A stretch of DNA of 64,000 bases from Heterodontus francisci (GCF_036365525.1 NC_090387.1:92545691-92609690); one strand, 5' to 3'. Positions 12,622 to 25,289 are shown, counted from the first letter of the stretch. Program-made: numbers and translations. The notes: generated by a model from the sequence alone, not told the origin.

Positions 12622-14220
12622 CAAAGAGCAAAGAACAGTACAGCACAGGAACAGGCCATTCGGCCCTCCAAGCCTGCGCCGATCTTGATGCCTGCCTAAA
12701 CTAAAACCTTCTGCACTTCCGGGGTCCGTATCCCTCTATTCCCTTCCTATTCATGTATTTGTCAAGATGCCTCTTAAACGTCTCGATGGTACCTGCTTCC
12801 ACCACCTACCCCGGCAACAAGTTCCAGGCACTCACCACCCTCTGTGTAAAGAACTTGCCTCCCACATCCCCTCTAAACTTTGCCCCTCTCACCTTAAACC
12901 TATGTCCCCTAGTAACTGACTCTTCCACCCTGGGAAAAAGCTTCTGACTATCCACTCTGTCCATGCCGCTCATAACTTTGTAAACCTCTATCATGTCGCC
13001 CCTCCACCTCCGTCATTCCAGTGAAAACAATCCGAGTTTATCCAACCTCTCCTCATAGCGAATGCCCTCCAGACCAGGCAACATCCTGGTAAACCTCCTC
13101 TGTACCCTCTCCAAAGTCTCCACGTCCTTCTGGTAGTGTGGCGACCAGAATTGCACGCAATATTCTAAGTGTGGCCTAACTAAAGTTCTGTACAGCTGCA
13201 GCAGGACTTGCCAATTTTTATACTCTATGCCCCGACCGATGAAGGCAAGCATGCCGTATGCCTTCTTGACTACCTTATCCACCTGCGTTGCCACTTTCAG
13301 TGACCTGTGGACCTGTGCGCCCAGATCTCTCTGCCTGTCAATACTCCTAAGGGTTCTGCCATTTACTGTATACTTCCCACCTGCATTAGACCTTCCAAAA
13401 TGCATTACCTCACATTTGTCTGAATTAAACTCCATCTGCCATTTCTCCGCCCAAGTCTCCAACCGATCGATATCCTGCTGTATCCTCTGACAATCCTCAT
13501 CACTGTCCGCAACTCCACCAACCTTTGTGTCGTCTGCAAACTTACTAATCAGACCAGCTACATTTTCCTCCAAATCATTTATATATACAACAAACGGCAA
13601 AGGTCCCAGCACTGATCCCTGCGGAACACCACTAGTCACCTCCCTCCATTCAGAAATGCACCCTTCCACTGCTACCCTCTATCTTCTATGACTGAGCCAG
13701 TTCTGTATCCATCTTGCCAGCTCTCCTCTGATCCCATGTGACTTCACCTTTTGTACCAGTCTGCCATGAGGGACCTTGTCAAAGGCTTTACTGAAGTCCA
13801 TATAGATAACATCCACTGCCCTTCCTTCATCAATCATCTTTGTCACTTCCTCAAAAAACTCAATCAAATTAGTGAGGCACGACCTCCCCTTCACAAAACC
13901 TTGCTGCCTCTCGCTAAAGTCCATTTGTTTCCAAATGGGAGTAAATCCTGTCCCGAAGAATCCTCTCTAATAATTTCCCTACCACTGACGTAAGGCTCAC
14001 CGGCTGATAATTTCCTGGATTATCCTTGCTACCCTTCTTAAACAAAGGAACAACATTGGCTATTCTCCAGTCCTCTGGGACCTCACCTGTAGCCAATGAG
14101 GATGCAAAGATTTCTGTTAAGGCCCCAGCAATTTCTTCCCTTGCCTCCCCCAGTATTCTGGGGTAGATCCCATCAGGCCCTGGGGACTTATCTACCTTAA
14201 TGCTTTGCAAGACACCCAAC
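12622..14220 (-). mobile_element. Young CR1 LINE, 5'-truncated
   Basis: Long open RT segments ([18 protein letters not shown]); nearly identical to the copies at 48641-49815 and 53714-55453. Confidence 0.95.
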
Positions 14221-14689
14221 AGTTTTAGTTTAGGCAGGCATCAAGATCGGCGCAGGCTTGGAGGGCCGAATGGCCTGTTCCTTTGCTGTACTGTTCTTTG
14301 CTCTTTGATATATCAGACACTAGTTGATATATATGAAAGTTCCTAAGAAGGTGGTGGCCTAGCAGAAAACTAGTTGATATCTAATGCTGTTTCCATTTTT
14401 AAAATATTTCATGGAAAGCCAGCATTTGTTGCCCACCCCTAATTATCCTTGAACTGAGAGGCTTTCTAGGCCATAAGAGTCAACCACAATACTGTGAAGA
14501 TTTCCTTCGCTAACGGACATTCGTGAATCAGATGGCTTTTTATGACAATAGCTTTTTTTTAATTAATGACATTTCAATCGCATGGTGGGCTGTGAACCCG
14601 CGTCCCGAATGACTATTTACACCTCTGAATTATAAGGGCTGCGACGTTACCATTACACCACCACGGCCCATAACACCACGAAAGGGAAA

Positions 14690-15270
14690 TAGAATAATAC
14701 CTTGAAACAACAGACCAGTCAATGTAACGTCACTCAGAAAATATACTGCAAATAAGTGATAGCAGACGATCTCGAGACAGAAAATATCATCAAATAGTAA
14801 GCATGGATTTCGAAAGGCTAAGATCAGCTTAGTTAATGTGTTATATTATACTTCTTTGAGGTGAAAAAGAGTTGACAAGGGTAATGTAGTAGATGTCATC
14901 CAGTTGGATTTCAGAAGGGTAGATTCATGACGAAGGTTATGGCTTGGTGAGTCAGAGGAAAGTCATTAAATGGATAACAAATTGTCTGAAAGTAGGAAAG
15001 CAGATAGGAGGACTAACGGGCAACTGCTGCGATTGGAAGAAGGGAAAATGCAATGTTACATAAAACATCATTGCTGGAACCACGGCTTTTCATAATTTAT
15101 TAATGATTTGGACTCAGGAGTAAGAAACTCAACATAAAAATTTGCAGATAATACAAAACTGCGGCTACAGCTAACCGTAAGGAAGAATATAACCTAATTC
15201 AAGAAGATATTCGAAAGCTTGCAGACTGGCAGGTAAGTTAAAAATCATCTTTAACATGGATCAATGTGAG
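14690..15270 (+). mobile_element. Old degraded CR1 RT fragment
   Basis: Recognisable remnants gcatggatttcgaaaggc, ttggatttcagaa and aaatttgcagataatacaaaact (KFADNTK) with many stops. Confidence 0.65.
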
Positions 15271-15742
15271 ATGAAGCAGACGCATCACCTAAACTTCATA
15301 AGATGACATCCTATTGGCGTAAAAGATTGAAATTGCGAACTGCCTGCTGTATGTCTGGCTGAGATGGGGACAAGGAATTCAATGACAGGGCTTGCTTGTG
15401 CCAGGCGAAATGCTTTGAGTGGAGATATCCAGCAGCACGGCTTAAACCGCACAAAAGCCAACGAACACACATCCAATTCAGAGAAACTGGCCCTGGTGTA
15501 TTGTGTCCAAAATTCCGAAAGGCAAGCTCAACCAATAAAAAAATGTCCATGTTATGCTTTTAGACTCCATCCAGTTTCTATGCGCCGGAGTGAAATTGCC
15601 ATCATTAAGATAGAGTTTAAATGCATGAGTAAAGTTAATTAAGTTTTGTTTCAGTCGTTACCTGTTAAGTCATTTTGAAGTTATTGTTGTTTCGTAACTC
15701 CTGTAGGGCAAATTCTCCTAGCTACATTCATTAATCTTACAG

Positions 15743-15856
15743 ACATCAATATTAAATTTGAATACTTACTGACTGTTGGGTGTGTGGTCAGCGGATTCTT
15801 ATGTCTAGTGCTGGGGACCATAATTGGAAAAGGATGTCAGTTACGGACCCGTGGAG
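15743..15856 (+). CDS. Exon 4: transmembrane exon
   Basis: Acceptor ttaatcttacag| and donor GGAG|GTAAGG; 114 nt, phase 1-1. Reads DINIKFEYLLTVGCVVSGFLCLVLGTIIGKGCQLRTRG: an uncharged hydrophobic helix followed by basic stop-transfer residues. Confidence 0.88.
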
Positions 15857-16299
15857 GTAAGGAATTGTTCATGATTTATATCTAACAGCCTCAATTAAAC
15901 ATAATATTCATCACCAGAAGGCCGATAAACGCGGAGTTACTGTCAGTGCATGAATTTCAAGCTTTCGTGGGACTGGCAATTAAGTGTGATTATTTGAATA
16001 CAGAAATCTTTTTTTTTACCTGTTAAGCCAAGATAGATCTTCGAGTGGTATACACAACTAAAATGAATGCATATTTAAAATGTAATTTGAATTCTATCGC
16101 GCTATTTTACGGTAACTATCAGTACAGGTACAATTTAGGGTCTGGATTTTTTTAGCTTGCAGTAGTTCAAATGCACGACAGTAATTATGATATCGAACTA
16201 TTCAGCGCCAGTCGACCGTCTGGATACATATGCACTTGCTCTGTCTAAAAAAATTGAAATTCACAGCTAAGTTTTTCCTTTCTCTTTTACGATGTACAG

Positions 16300-16337
16300 A
16301 TACAAAACAAAATGGATCTCATCATTGTGAAGACACG
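16300..16337 (+). CDS. Exon 5: short cytoplasmic exon
   Basis: Polypyrimidine tract tttttcctttctctttt..acag| and donor ACG|GTATGT; 38 nt, phase 1-0, DTKQNGSHHCEDT. Supplies the phase change needed to join exon 4 to exon 6. Confidence 0.8.
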
Positions 16338-16605
16338 GTATGTTCATATATTCCAGCCATTATGTTATTGTGTGTATATGTTCATTCTGACGTAGCATGA
16401 GATTTATGTGTAAAATAAGTCTACTTTAGTCTCAGCATGTTCTTCAAATGCCGGATGTGTTCCAACTGAAAATCAAATGAACGCTGGTCTGCTTATGTGT
16501 ATGAAGTCACAGATTGAGTACCCCACATACGCACTTCACAATGGTTCCATAGCTTTCATTTCAAACACTTTGGCCTATCTATGTAAAATTGCAAGCCTTT
16601 ACTAT

Positions 16606-16884
16606 CACCAGGGGGCATAATTTTAAGGTGATTGGAGGAAGGTTTCGGGGAGATGTCAGAGATGGTTCTTTGCACAGAGAGTGGTGGGTGTGTGGAATGC
16701 GCTGCCAGCGGTGGTAGTAGAAGCAGATACATTAGGGACATTTAAGCAACTCTTGGATAGGTACATGGATGATAGTAGAATGAAGGGTAGGTAGGTAGTT
16801 TGATCTTAGAGTAGGTTAAAGGTTCGGCACAACATCGTGGGCCGAAGGGCCTGTACTGTGCTGTACTGTTCGATGTTCTATATT
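16606..16884 (+). mobile_element. Short CR1 3' end insertion
   Basis: 9-bp TSD CTTTACTAT (16597-16605 and 16885-16893); sequence nearly identical to 38969-39250. Confidence 0.88.
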
Positions 16885-18062
16885 CTTTACTATTCGTGTT
16901 AAATTGTTTTTCTGACTGCGCTTATGTGCATCTTTCAGGAAGCTGATTTCATGGCCCAGATTTTGCAGTCAGTGGTGAAGGAATAGCATTCACAGTTCAT
17001 TAAGCCACAGACGTTTTGGTGGGCTGTTGCGGGGCAATTTATAGTAATTGGAAATTCCATTCAGTGTGCACCTTCTACTGGGGGTCATTGTCATGTGTGA
17101 ACATGGCAAGTAACCCACGTTGAAACTATCAGACTGATGAATCCGTACACCCGCCCGCAGAGCACAAACCAGAACTGTCAGTAAAAAATATTTAATTCAA
17201 ATTAAAATCGTGTGCATCAAGCAAAATCAAGAAAAAGAATAAAGATTAGATAAAGAGGGATAAATAAAACAGACAAAAAGAAAGACTAAAAACATATGCT
17301 TTCAAAGTTTCAAAAGTGATCTCCATTTTGCTGTCAGCGGTGAAGGAACAGCGCTCGCTGCTTACCTCACAGATAACTGTCTATAGATATGTTCCAAAGT
17401 TTTCCACCAACCTGGCTTGTCTTCTACCGTATAGCCCTATACTACCGTATAGTCCGTGAACAGGTCATGCTACAGCCAGGCTCCTCAGCCAATCAAATTA
17501 AAGTATCCTCACTGAGCCCGGCAGAGTCCAAACCAGTAAGGATAAAGCAGGCCATATAAATTAGATTTAAATGTTGTAGAGCAAGTGAAATAAAGATTGT
17601 GAAATACTGATGGGTTTAAGGAGGGCAGCTTACAGAGACAAACAGAAAAAAAGTAAAGAAAAATAAAGATCTTAACTGTAACATTATTGTTTTCCTGAGG
17701 GAATGAGATTCCACGTTAATGAACTTTTTGCTCAGCCCCAGAGATGTTGTTCAGCAGTAATTATCACATATTGCGCCACCAAATGGCCAATCAATCCAGA
17801 GGAGCAGTCAGTTGTGCCAGTCTGTTATTGAAATATGTATTCAAAGGATAGCAGACAATTCTGAGAAGGATGTGCTAAATCACGTGGATCACATCCTAAG
17901 TATTTTGACGAAACCTAGAAATGTGGTTGAAATTTAAGCATTGAAGGTAGCGCATAGAAGAACATAGAAAAAGTGTTAGGGATCCGAATTTGTGGTGGTG
18001 GGGGGTGGGGGGGGGGGGGCGTTAGCCTTAAAATGAGCTCTCGAAGGAAAAGATTATACAGA

Positions 18063-18206
18063 ATAAAAGCAAAATACCGCAGATGCTGGAAATCTGAAAC
18101 ACAAGCAAGAAATGCTGGAAATACTCAGCAGATCTGGCAGCATCTGTGGAGAGAGAAACAGAGTTAACGTTTCGGGTCAGTGGCCCTTCATCAGAAATTT
18201 CTGATG
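18063..18206 (-). mobile_element. Hammerhead element copy 3 (intron 5) with terminal fold-back
   Basis: 14-bp TSD AAAGATTATACAGA (18049-18062 and 18207-18220); intact CTGATGA..GAAACGTT on the minus strand; ends in the hairpin TTCATCAGAAATTTCTGATGAA. Confidence 0.85.
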
Positions 18207-18742
18207 AAAGATTATACAGAGATGTTTGTTTCGGAAAAGTGTGAACACGGTCATTCCGGGAAATGACTTGAAATCAAATTAAATTAAACTGAGAGAGAAG
18301 GAAAGGGGGCGGACAGACGCAAAGCTTCAAAATTAAATGACAGATGTCAGAGCAATTTTCTTCACAAAAGAACTATCAGAGATCTAGATGGAGTGATTGG
18401 AAATAAAAATCTGCAAATGTTTATGAAACAGCTGGATGCTGCAGTAACCTGAGGGATGTTCTGTACTGATCCAATAAGAAAAGCAAAATTACACGCCGGC
18501 ACCTGTGATCAGTAACTTTGAATATGATATACATCGGCCAATAGTTTGGAGTTCTCTGTGTAATTATGGTCATGTAAATCCAATATGGACATTCGTGTTG
18601 GGGTCTGTATAGAGTAGAACATTAGTATCAATGTTACATATCTATGGCGAGAGATACTAAGCCAGCTCCAGGTGTTTGGGATAGTAAAAGGAAGATTCCA
18701 GAACTTCAATCATCTAAGAAGGCCAACTAAACGGGTTAAAGA

Positions 18743-19047
18743 TACAGTGGCACAGTGGTTAGCACCGCAACCTCACAGCTCCAGTGACCCGGGTTCAATT
18801 CTGGGTATCGCTTGCGTGGAGTTTGTAAGTTCTCCCTGTGACCGTGTGGATTTCCGCCGGTTTCCTCCCACAGCCAAAGACTTGCAGGGTGATAGGTAAA
18901 CAGGCCATTATAAATTTCCCCTAGTATAGGTGGGGATGTGATAGGAATGTATGTGGGATCAGTATAAATGAGTGGTTGATGGTCGGCACAGACTCGGTGG
19001 GCTGAAGGGCCTGTTTCAGTGCTGCATCTTTAAATAAATAAAATAAA
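18743..19047 (+). mobile_element. HE1-like tRNA-derived V-SINE
   Basis: A box TGGCACAGTGG, B box GGTTCAATTC, V-domain GTGGAGTTTG..TTTCCTCCCACA, CR1-derived 3' end and (TAAA)n tail. Confidence 0.88.
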
Positions 19048-21142
19048 CATTGTTGGAGTAACGATATGATGGCAGATGAGAAAGGAGCCATTCTCTCAAA
19101 ATACATGGTGCCTCGTCTCATATACTGCTTTGATCTCGGGGGCAGATTGTTGGACTGAAAATCAATGCTTTGTAATGGACATTCGCAACATTTCTCAAAT
19201 TCCGGCGATCTTTCGAAGAAGCTTTGAAAGATAGCGAGGAACCTTCGGAGAATCCCATGGTCAGTGTTGTTCCGGGTTCTCTGCTTCTGCCTTTCCCTAT
19301 CTACAAGCGTGATATGTGGGAAAAATGCGATAGAGTGTCTGGTGACGGGAAACGCCAGCCTCGATAGTCTTATGGAATTAAAGCAAGATCTGTATTGTTG
19401 TAAAGTGCGAGTTCGATGTAGCGAAATGCCTCACCATTTGTCAGAAAATTGAGGTCATGTAACGGGGTGGTTCTGCTGTCCGGTGCAAAACCACTTAAAA
19501 TCAATCCGCAAGAAGACGCCGCAAGTCACAGGTGTTAATGTGGAGCGAACTGTGTGTCAGCGAACTGCAGATGGCACATCGGTCGGAGTTGGAGCGAATC
19601 AGTGGGACTGGAGATGTTACTTGATGGTGGAAGCTCGAGGCGTAAAACTGGGAGAGGACAAAGAAACTCAAGAGGCAGAGAGATGGAAAGCCTTGAGAGA
19701 CAGTGAATGAGGGAAGAAAAGAGGGATCATAGATTCTCAGACAGTCCGATTCTCTAGTTTAATAGAGAGAGCAGAGCAGAAACGGAGAATCTACTGCCTC
19801 TCTGCATAATTAGATCTTCTATAATTCTGCGTTGCCATATAAAATCGATTGTCTAAAATTCTCTACAAAATATCAGATAATTTTGAATTGCAAGATAAAT
19901 TAAAAGGGTTTGAACACTAATGAAGAGTTAAGATTTAACAATTATTTATGCGGGATTACTCGGGTCCCAGCGAAAATATCAGTTTACCATAAAGGAGATT
20001 ATTGTATTCTTAAAGTAAAATTATTGTATGGGAGAATACCGCCAGATGGTAGCTGGATCCACTTAATAACCCGAAGGTAAGTCGGAAATCGTTACAATGA
20101 CAATGAAGGAATAGGTCAGTGTCAGAATACATATATCTCGAAATAGAGAGATTGATACATGGATATTGGTAGTCTTTCTGGTGCTGGGAATATCTATGTT
20201 TATACTTCAGGCAAATCATATTTGAGTTACGCAACCGGATAATAACATCTGCCGTTCTATTTGAGTGCTCGTTAAATGTGAAAAAGGGGGCCTATTAGGT
20301 CCCGAATGTTGCATATTGTGTAGGGTCGCGTCAAAAGATTAAATGGATTCAGTGCAACTTTCAATATCCGTATCACATTGATATCCACAGTTATAATTAG
20401 TGAGATAGCATATAGCTGCAAAACGCTTTAGAACCAAAGAACCATAGAAGAAAATAAAGCACAGGAGGCCATTCAGCCCCTCGTGTCCGTGCCGGCTGAA
20501 AAACTAATTCCACCTTCCAGCACCTGGTCCGTAGCCTGGCAGGTTACAGCAATTCAGGTGCATGTCCAGGTACCTTTTTTTAAAAATGGAGGGTTTCTGC
20601 CTCCTCCACCATTCCTGGCAGTGAATTCCAAACACCCACCACCCTCTGGGAGAAAAAAGATTTTCCTCATGTCCCCTCTAATCCTTCTACCAATCACCTT
20701 AAATCTGTGCCCCCTGGTAATTGACCACTCCAATAGGGGAAACAGGTCCTTCCTGTCTACTCTAACTAGACCCCTCATAATTTTGTACACCTCAATTAAG
20801 ACCCCCCCCCCCCCACTCCGCCCCCCAGCCTCCTCTGTTCTAAGGAAAACAACCCTGGCTGATCCAATCTTTCCTCACCGCTGCAACTTTCAAGCCCTGG
20901 CAATATTCTTGTAAATCTCCTCTGCACTCTCTCCAGAGCAACTATGTCTTTCCTGTAATGTGGTGACCAGAACTGTATGCAGAACTGTGGCTGAACCAGC
21001 GTTTTGTACAGTTCCAGCATTACATCCCTGCTTTTGTATTCTATACCTCGGCCAATAAAGGAAAGCATTCCTTATGCCTTCTTCACCACTTTATCTACCT
21101 GTCCTGCCACCTTCAGGGACATGTGGATATACACTCCAAGGT

Positions 21143-21502
21143 TTAGTTTAGTTTAGTTTAGAGATACAGCACTGAAACAGGCCCTTCGGCCCACCGAGTC
21201 TGTGCCGAACATCAACCACCCATTTAGACTAATCCTACACTAATCCCATATTCCTATCACATCCCCACCTGTCCCTATATATTTCCCTCCCACCTACCTA
21301 TACTAGGGGCAATTTATAATGGCCAATTTACCTATCAACCTGCAAGTCTTTGGCATGTGGGAGGAAACCAGAGTACCCGGAGGAAACCCACGCAGACACA
21401 GGGAGAACTTGCAAACTCCACACAGGCAGTACCCAGAATCGAACCCGGGTCCCTGGAGCTGTGAGGCTGCGGTGCTAACCACTGCGCCACTGTGCCGCCC
21501 CA
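21143..21502 (-). mobile_element. Full-length HE1-like V-SINE inside CR1
   Basis: Minus strand starts GGGGCGGCACAGTGGCGCAGTGG with B box GGTTCGATTC and a (CTAAA)n tail; short TSD AAGGT. Confidence 0.9.
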
Positions 21503-23736
21503 GAAGGTCTCTCACTTCTTCTACTCCTCTCAATATCCTCCCGTTTATTGTGTATTCCATCACTTTATTTGCCTTTCCCAAGTGCATTACCTCACACTTC
21601 TCCGGCTTGAATTCCATTTGCCACTTTTCCGCCCACTCAACCAAACCATTGATATCTTTCTGGAGTCTGCAGCTATCCTCCTCACTATCAACTACACGGC
21701 CAATTTTTGTGTCATCAGCAAATTCCCCAATCATGCCTCCTACATTTAAGTCCAAGTCATTAATATATACCACAAACAGCAAGGGACCCAACACTGAGCC
21801 CTGTGGAATGCCACTGGAAACAGCTTTCCATTCACAAAATCATCCATCGACTACTACCCTTTGTTTCCTGTCACTGAGCCAATTCTGGATCCAACTTTCC
21901 ACATTCCCCTGTATCCCATGGGCTTTCATTTTACTGACCAGTCTGCCATGCAGGACCTTGTCAAATGCCTTACTAAAGTCCATGTAGACCACATCCACTG
22001 CACTACCCTCATCAATCCTCCTTGTCACTTCCTCAAAGAATTCAATTAAGTTAGTAAGACATGACCTTTCCTTAACAAATCCATGCTGACTATCCCTGAT
22101 TAATCCATACCTTTACAAGTGGCAGTTTATCCTGTCCCTCAGAATTGATTCTAATAATTTACCCACCACTGAGGTCAGACTGACTGGCCTATAATTATTT
22201 AGCCTACCCCTCGCACCCTTTTTAAACAATGGTATAACATTCACAGACTTCCAATCCTCTGGCACCTCGCCCATATCCAGTGAGGATTTGAAGATGATCC
22301 TCAGCGCATCTGCTATTTCCTCACTGGTTTCCTTTAACAACCTTGGATGCAATCCATCCAGCCCTGGTGATTTATCCACTTTCAAGGATGTCAGACACTC
22401 TAGTACTTCCTCTCTCATGCTAATCATATCTAATATTTCACAGTCCTCCTCTTTTACTATAATATCTGCTTCATCCCTCTCTTTTGTAAAGACAGAGGCA
22501 AAAAACACGTTAAGAACCCTACCCATATCATTGGCATCCATGTGTAAGTTCCCTTGTACATCTCTGAGAGGCCCTACTCTTTCCTTAGTTATCCTCTTGC
22601 TCTTAATGTACTGATAAAACATCTTTGGGTTTTCCTTGATTTTACCTGCCAATATTTTTTCGTGTCCTCTCTTTGCTTTTTTAATTTCCTTTTTTACTTC
22701 ACCCCTGCACTTTCTATACTCCTCTAGGCTTTCTGAAGTATTAAGTTTTTTGTGATCATCACAAGCTTTATTTTTCTGCTTTAACTTACCCTGAAAGCCT
22801 CTTGATAACCATGGGGCTCTAGATTTGTCTGTACCACCCTTTATCTTTGTGGACATGTGTCTGCACTGTGCCTGTAGAATCTCGCTTTTGAATGCCTCCC
22901 ACTGGTTTGCCACTGATGTTCCTTCCAGTAGCTGTATCCAGTCCACTTTTGCCAGGTTACGTCTCAGTTTTGTAAAATTTGCCTTCTCCCAATTTAGAAC
23001 TTTAACTCCTGTTTCATCTTTGTCCTTTTCCATGATTATGCTAAAACTAATTGTATTATGCTATCTATCTCCAGAATGGTCACCCATTGCTACTTCATCT
23101 ACTTGCCCAGCTTCATTACTGAAGACTAAATCTAGAATTATGCCCCCTCTCATTGGACTTGTTACGTGCTGGCTAAAAAAGTTCTCTTGAGTGCAGTTCA
23201 AGCATTTTGTCCCCTCTGTGCCCTTCACACTGTTTGTTTCCCAGTTGATATTCAGGTAGTTGAAATCTCTGACTATTATTGCCCTATAATTTTTACACTC
23301 AGAAATTTGCCTACATATATGTTCCTCTATCTCCCTCCCACTATTTGGGGGTCTGTAGTACACTCCTAGTAGTGTGGCTGCCCCTCTATTTCTGATTTCC
23401 ACCCATATGGCCTCTTTTGACAATTCATTTAGCATATCATCCCTCCTCACAGCTGTTATTGATTCCTTAACCAATAATGCTACTCCCCCCTTTTTATCCC
23501 CCTCTCTACCCGCCTGAAAAACTCGATATCCACAGATGTTGAGCTGCCATTCTTACCCCACTTTAAGCCAAGTTTCCATTCTAGCAACAATATCATGTTG
23601 CCATGTGTCTATCTGTGCCCTCAGCTCACCGGCTTTGTTCATTATACTCCTTGCATTTAAATAAATACCTTTTAACACTGCCAAATTCCTGTGCTGCACA
23701 CTTTTTAATCTTTGCTTCTTCTGTCTTTCCGAGTCG

Positions 23737-24075
23737 TAGAGAGATACAGCACCGAAACAGGCCCTTCGGCCCAACGAGTCCGTGCCGACCATCAACCACC
23801 CATTTATACTAATCCTACATCAATCCCATTTTTTCCCTCTCACATCCCCACCTTCCCTCAATTCTCCTACCACCTACCTACACTAGGGGCAATATTTTTA
23901 CAATGGCCAATTTACCTATCAACCCGCAAGTCTTTGGCATGTGGGAGGAGACCAGAGCACTTGGAGGAAACCCACGCGGTCACAGGGAAAACTTGCAAAC
24001 TCTGCACAGGTAGTACCCAGAACCAAACCGGGTCACAGGAGCTGTGGTGCTAGCCAATGCGCCACTGTGCCGCCC
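23737..24075 (-). mobile_element. HE1-like V-SINE
   Basis: Same head, V domain and tail as 21143-21502. Confidence 0.88.
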
Positions 24076-24446
24076 TTAATGATCAGGATTGCTAGCCCAT
24101 GTTGATTACTTCCCCCTCCCTAGCCCTGGCCAATTTTTTGCCTTCCGTTCCCTGCCCTGAAATTGTCCTATCTGAAACTGCCCTCAGGTTCCCATCCCCC
24201 TGCCAAGCTAATTTAAACCATCCCCAAAAGCACTGGCAAACCTTCCTGTAGGATATTTGTCCCAGTCCTGTTCAGGTGCAGACCGTCCGGTTTGTGCAGG
24301 TCCCACCTTCCCCAGAATCAGTCCCAATGCCCCAGAAATCTGAAGCCCTCCCTCCTGCACCACCTTTGAAACCAAATCTGGTTTATATAGCAATCTGAAA
24401 ACTGATGAGGAACATGTTTTAACCATATAGCTCTTTACTGTTACAG

Positions 24447-24620
24447 TCCATGGAACGAAGAGATGATAACACATTGGATTACGCTGCCCTAAATGTGAAT
24501 GGTTTAGAGAAAAGAGGAATCCGCAAGGAGAATAAAAAGTGTACGGAATATGCTGCAATCAAACTAGACCGGTACGAAAGAGATGCACAATATGCCTACA
24601 GAGAACCAGTAGTCAAATGA
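24447..24620 (+). CDS. Exon 6: terminal cytoplasmic exon with ITIM and ITSM
   Basis: Acceptor ctctttactgttacag|, phase 0. Reads SMERRDDNTLDYAALNVNGLEKRGIRKENKKCTEYAAIKLDRYERDAQYAYREPVVK*; ITIM LDYAAL at 24474-24491, ITSM TEYAAI at 24543-24560. Confidence 0.88.
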   Translation, partial: SMERRDDNTLDYAALNVNGLEKRGIRKENKKCTEYAAIKLDRYERDAQYAYREPVVK

Positions 24621-25289
24621 TTTCAGATATGGAAGATATGGAGTGTGATTGCTGGTAGATGCTGGAGCCAATTATCTACAGTTCCTGGTGTGGAATGACT
24701 CTAGTGTTACAGCAATATGAAAACAAATACAGCATGGTCCTCATTTTGCGTATCTGATAGTGCTGTATAGTAATTAGAGTAGTCGTTATTTCCTTATCAT
24801 GTACTATTGTCTGGTGATGGAATGTATGGTAATTTTTGCATCATCCATTGGTAACGAGATCATTTACAACCTTGAATGCTTAGGATAGTAAGCATTTCGA
24901 GATATTTGTGTAGCATATTTACACGGAGCACAGTTGTCTCTTTATCCAGTCAACATGAGCAAACTTCGATTTCAGAATTCTTTCCTCGTGTACTTGTAGG
25001 TTGTCATATCTCTCAAGCCAACCAATCTCCTGCTTCTCAGTAAGACTGCCAAGACAATCCTTTGAAACTGGTCTTTGGACCAGCAAAATGCTGGCAAAAA
25101 CAATTTACTTTATATATAAAGTATTACAGTGCTACAAAATATTTACAGCACAGAAACAAGCCAGTTGGTCCAACAGGTCACCCCTGTATTTATGCTCCAC
25201 CTGAATCTCCTCCCACCCTACTTCATCCAACTTCAGCAACATGTCCCTCTAATCGTCTTTCCCTCATGTATCCATATAGCTTCTAAATG

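Larger units (their letters stand above)
20430..24365 (-). mobile_element. Long CR1 LINE (ORF1 end, APE, RT) with two SINE insertions
   Basis: ORF fragments: YLNARSIMNK and GVYYRPPNS (APE), then linker and RT (EFADDTK); frameshifted. Confidence 0.93.

Noticed and set aside
16970-17800. Two loosely similar segments starting TTTTGC.GTCAG.GGTGAAGGAA
   Set aside because: Probably old non-autonomous DNA-transposon remnants, but I could not define TIRs or TSDs.
18743-18815. tRNA genes (also near 21430-21500 and 24010-24075)
   Set aside because: These are tRNA-derived SINE heads continuing into a V domain and LINE tail.
20115-20225. Hydrophobic peptide IDTWILVVFLVLGISMFIL as an alternative TM exon
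   Set aside because: No convincing polypyrimidine acceptor, it lies downstream of the cytoplasmic exon, and it is bounded by stops.
3490-24620. Assigning the symbol PDCD1, SIRPA or NCR3
   Set aside because: The domain content fits none exactly (PD-1 and NKp30 lack C1, SIRPalpha has two). Phylogeny and synteny are needed.
25000-25204. Alternative terminal exon after tacttgtag
   Set aside because: It yields short motif-less peptides; the exon at 24447 has the right phase and canonical signalling motifs.
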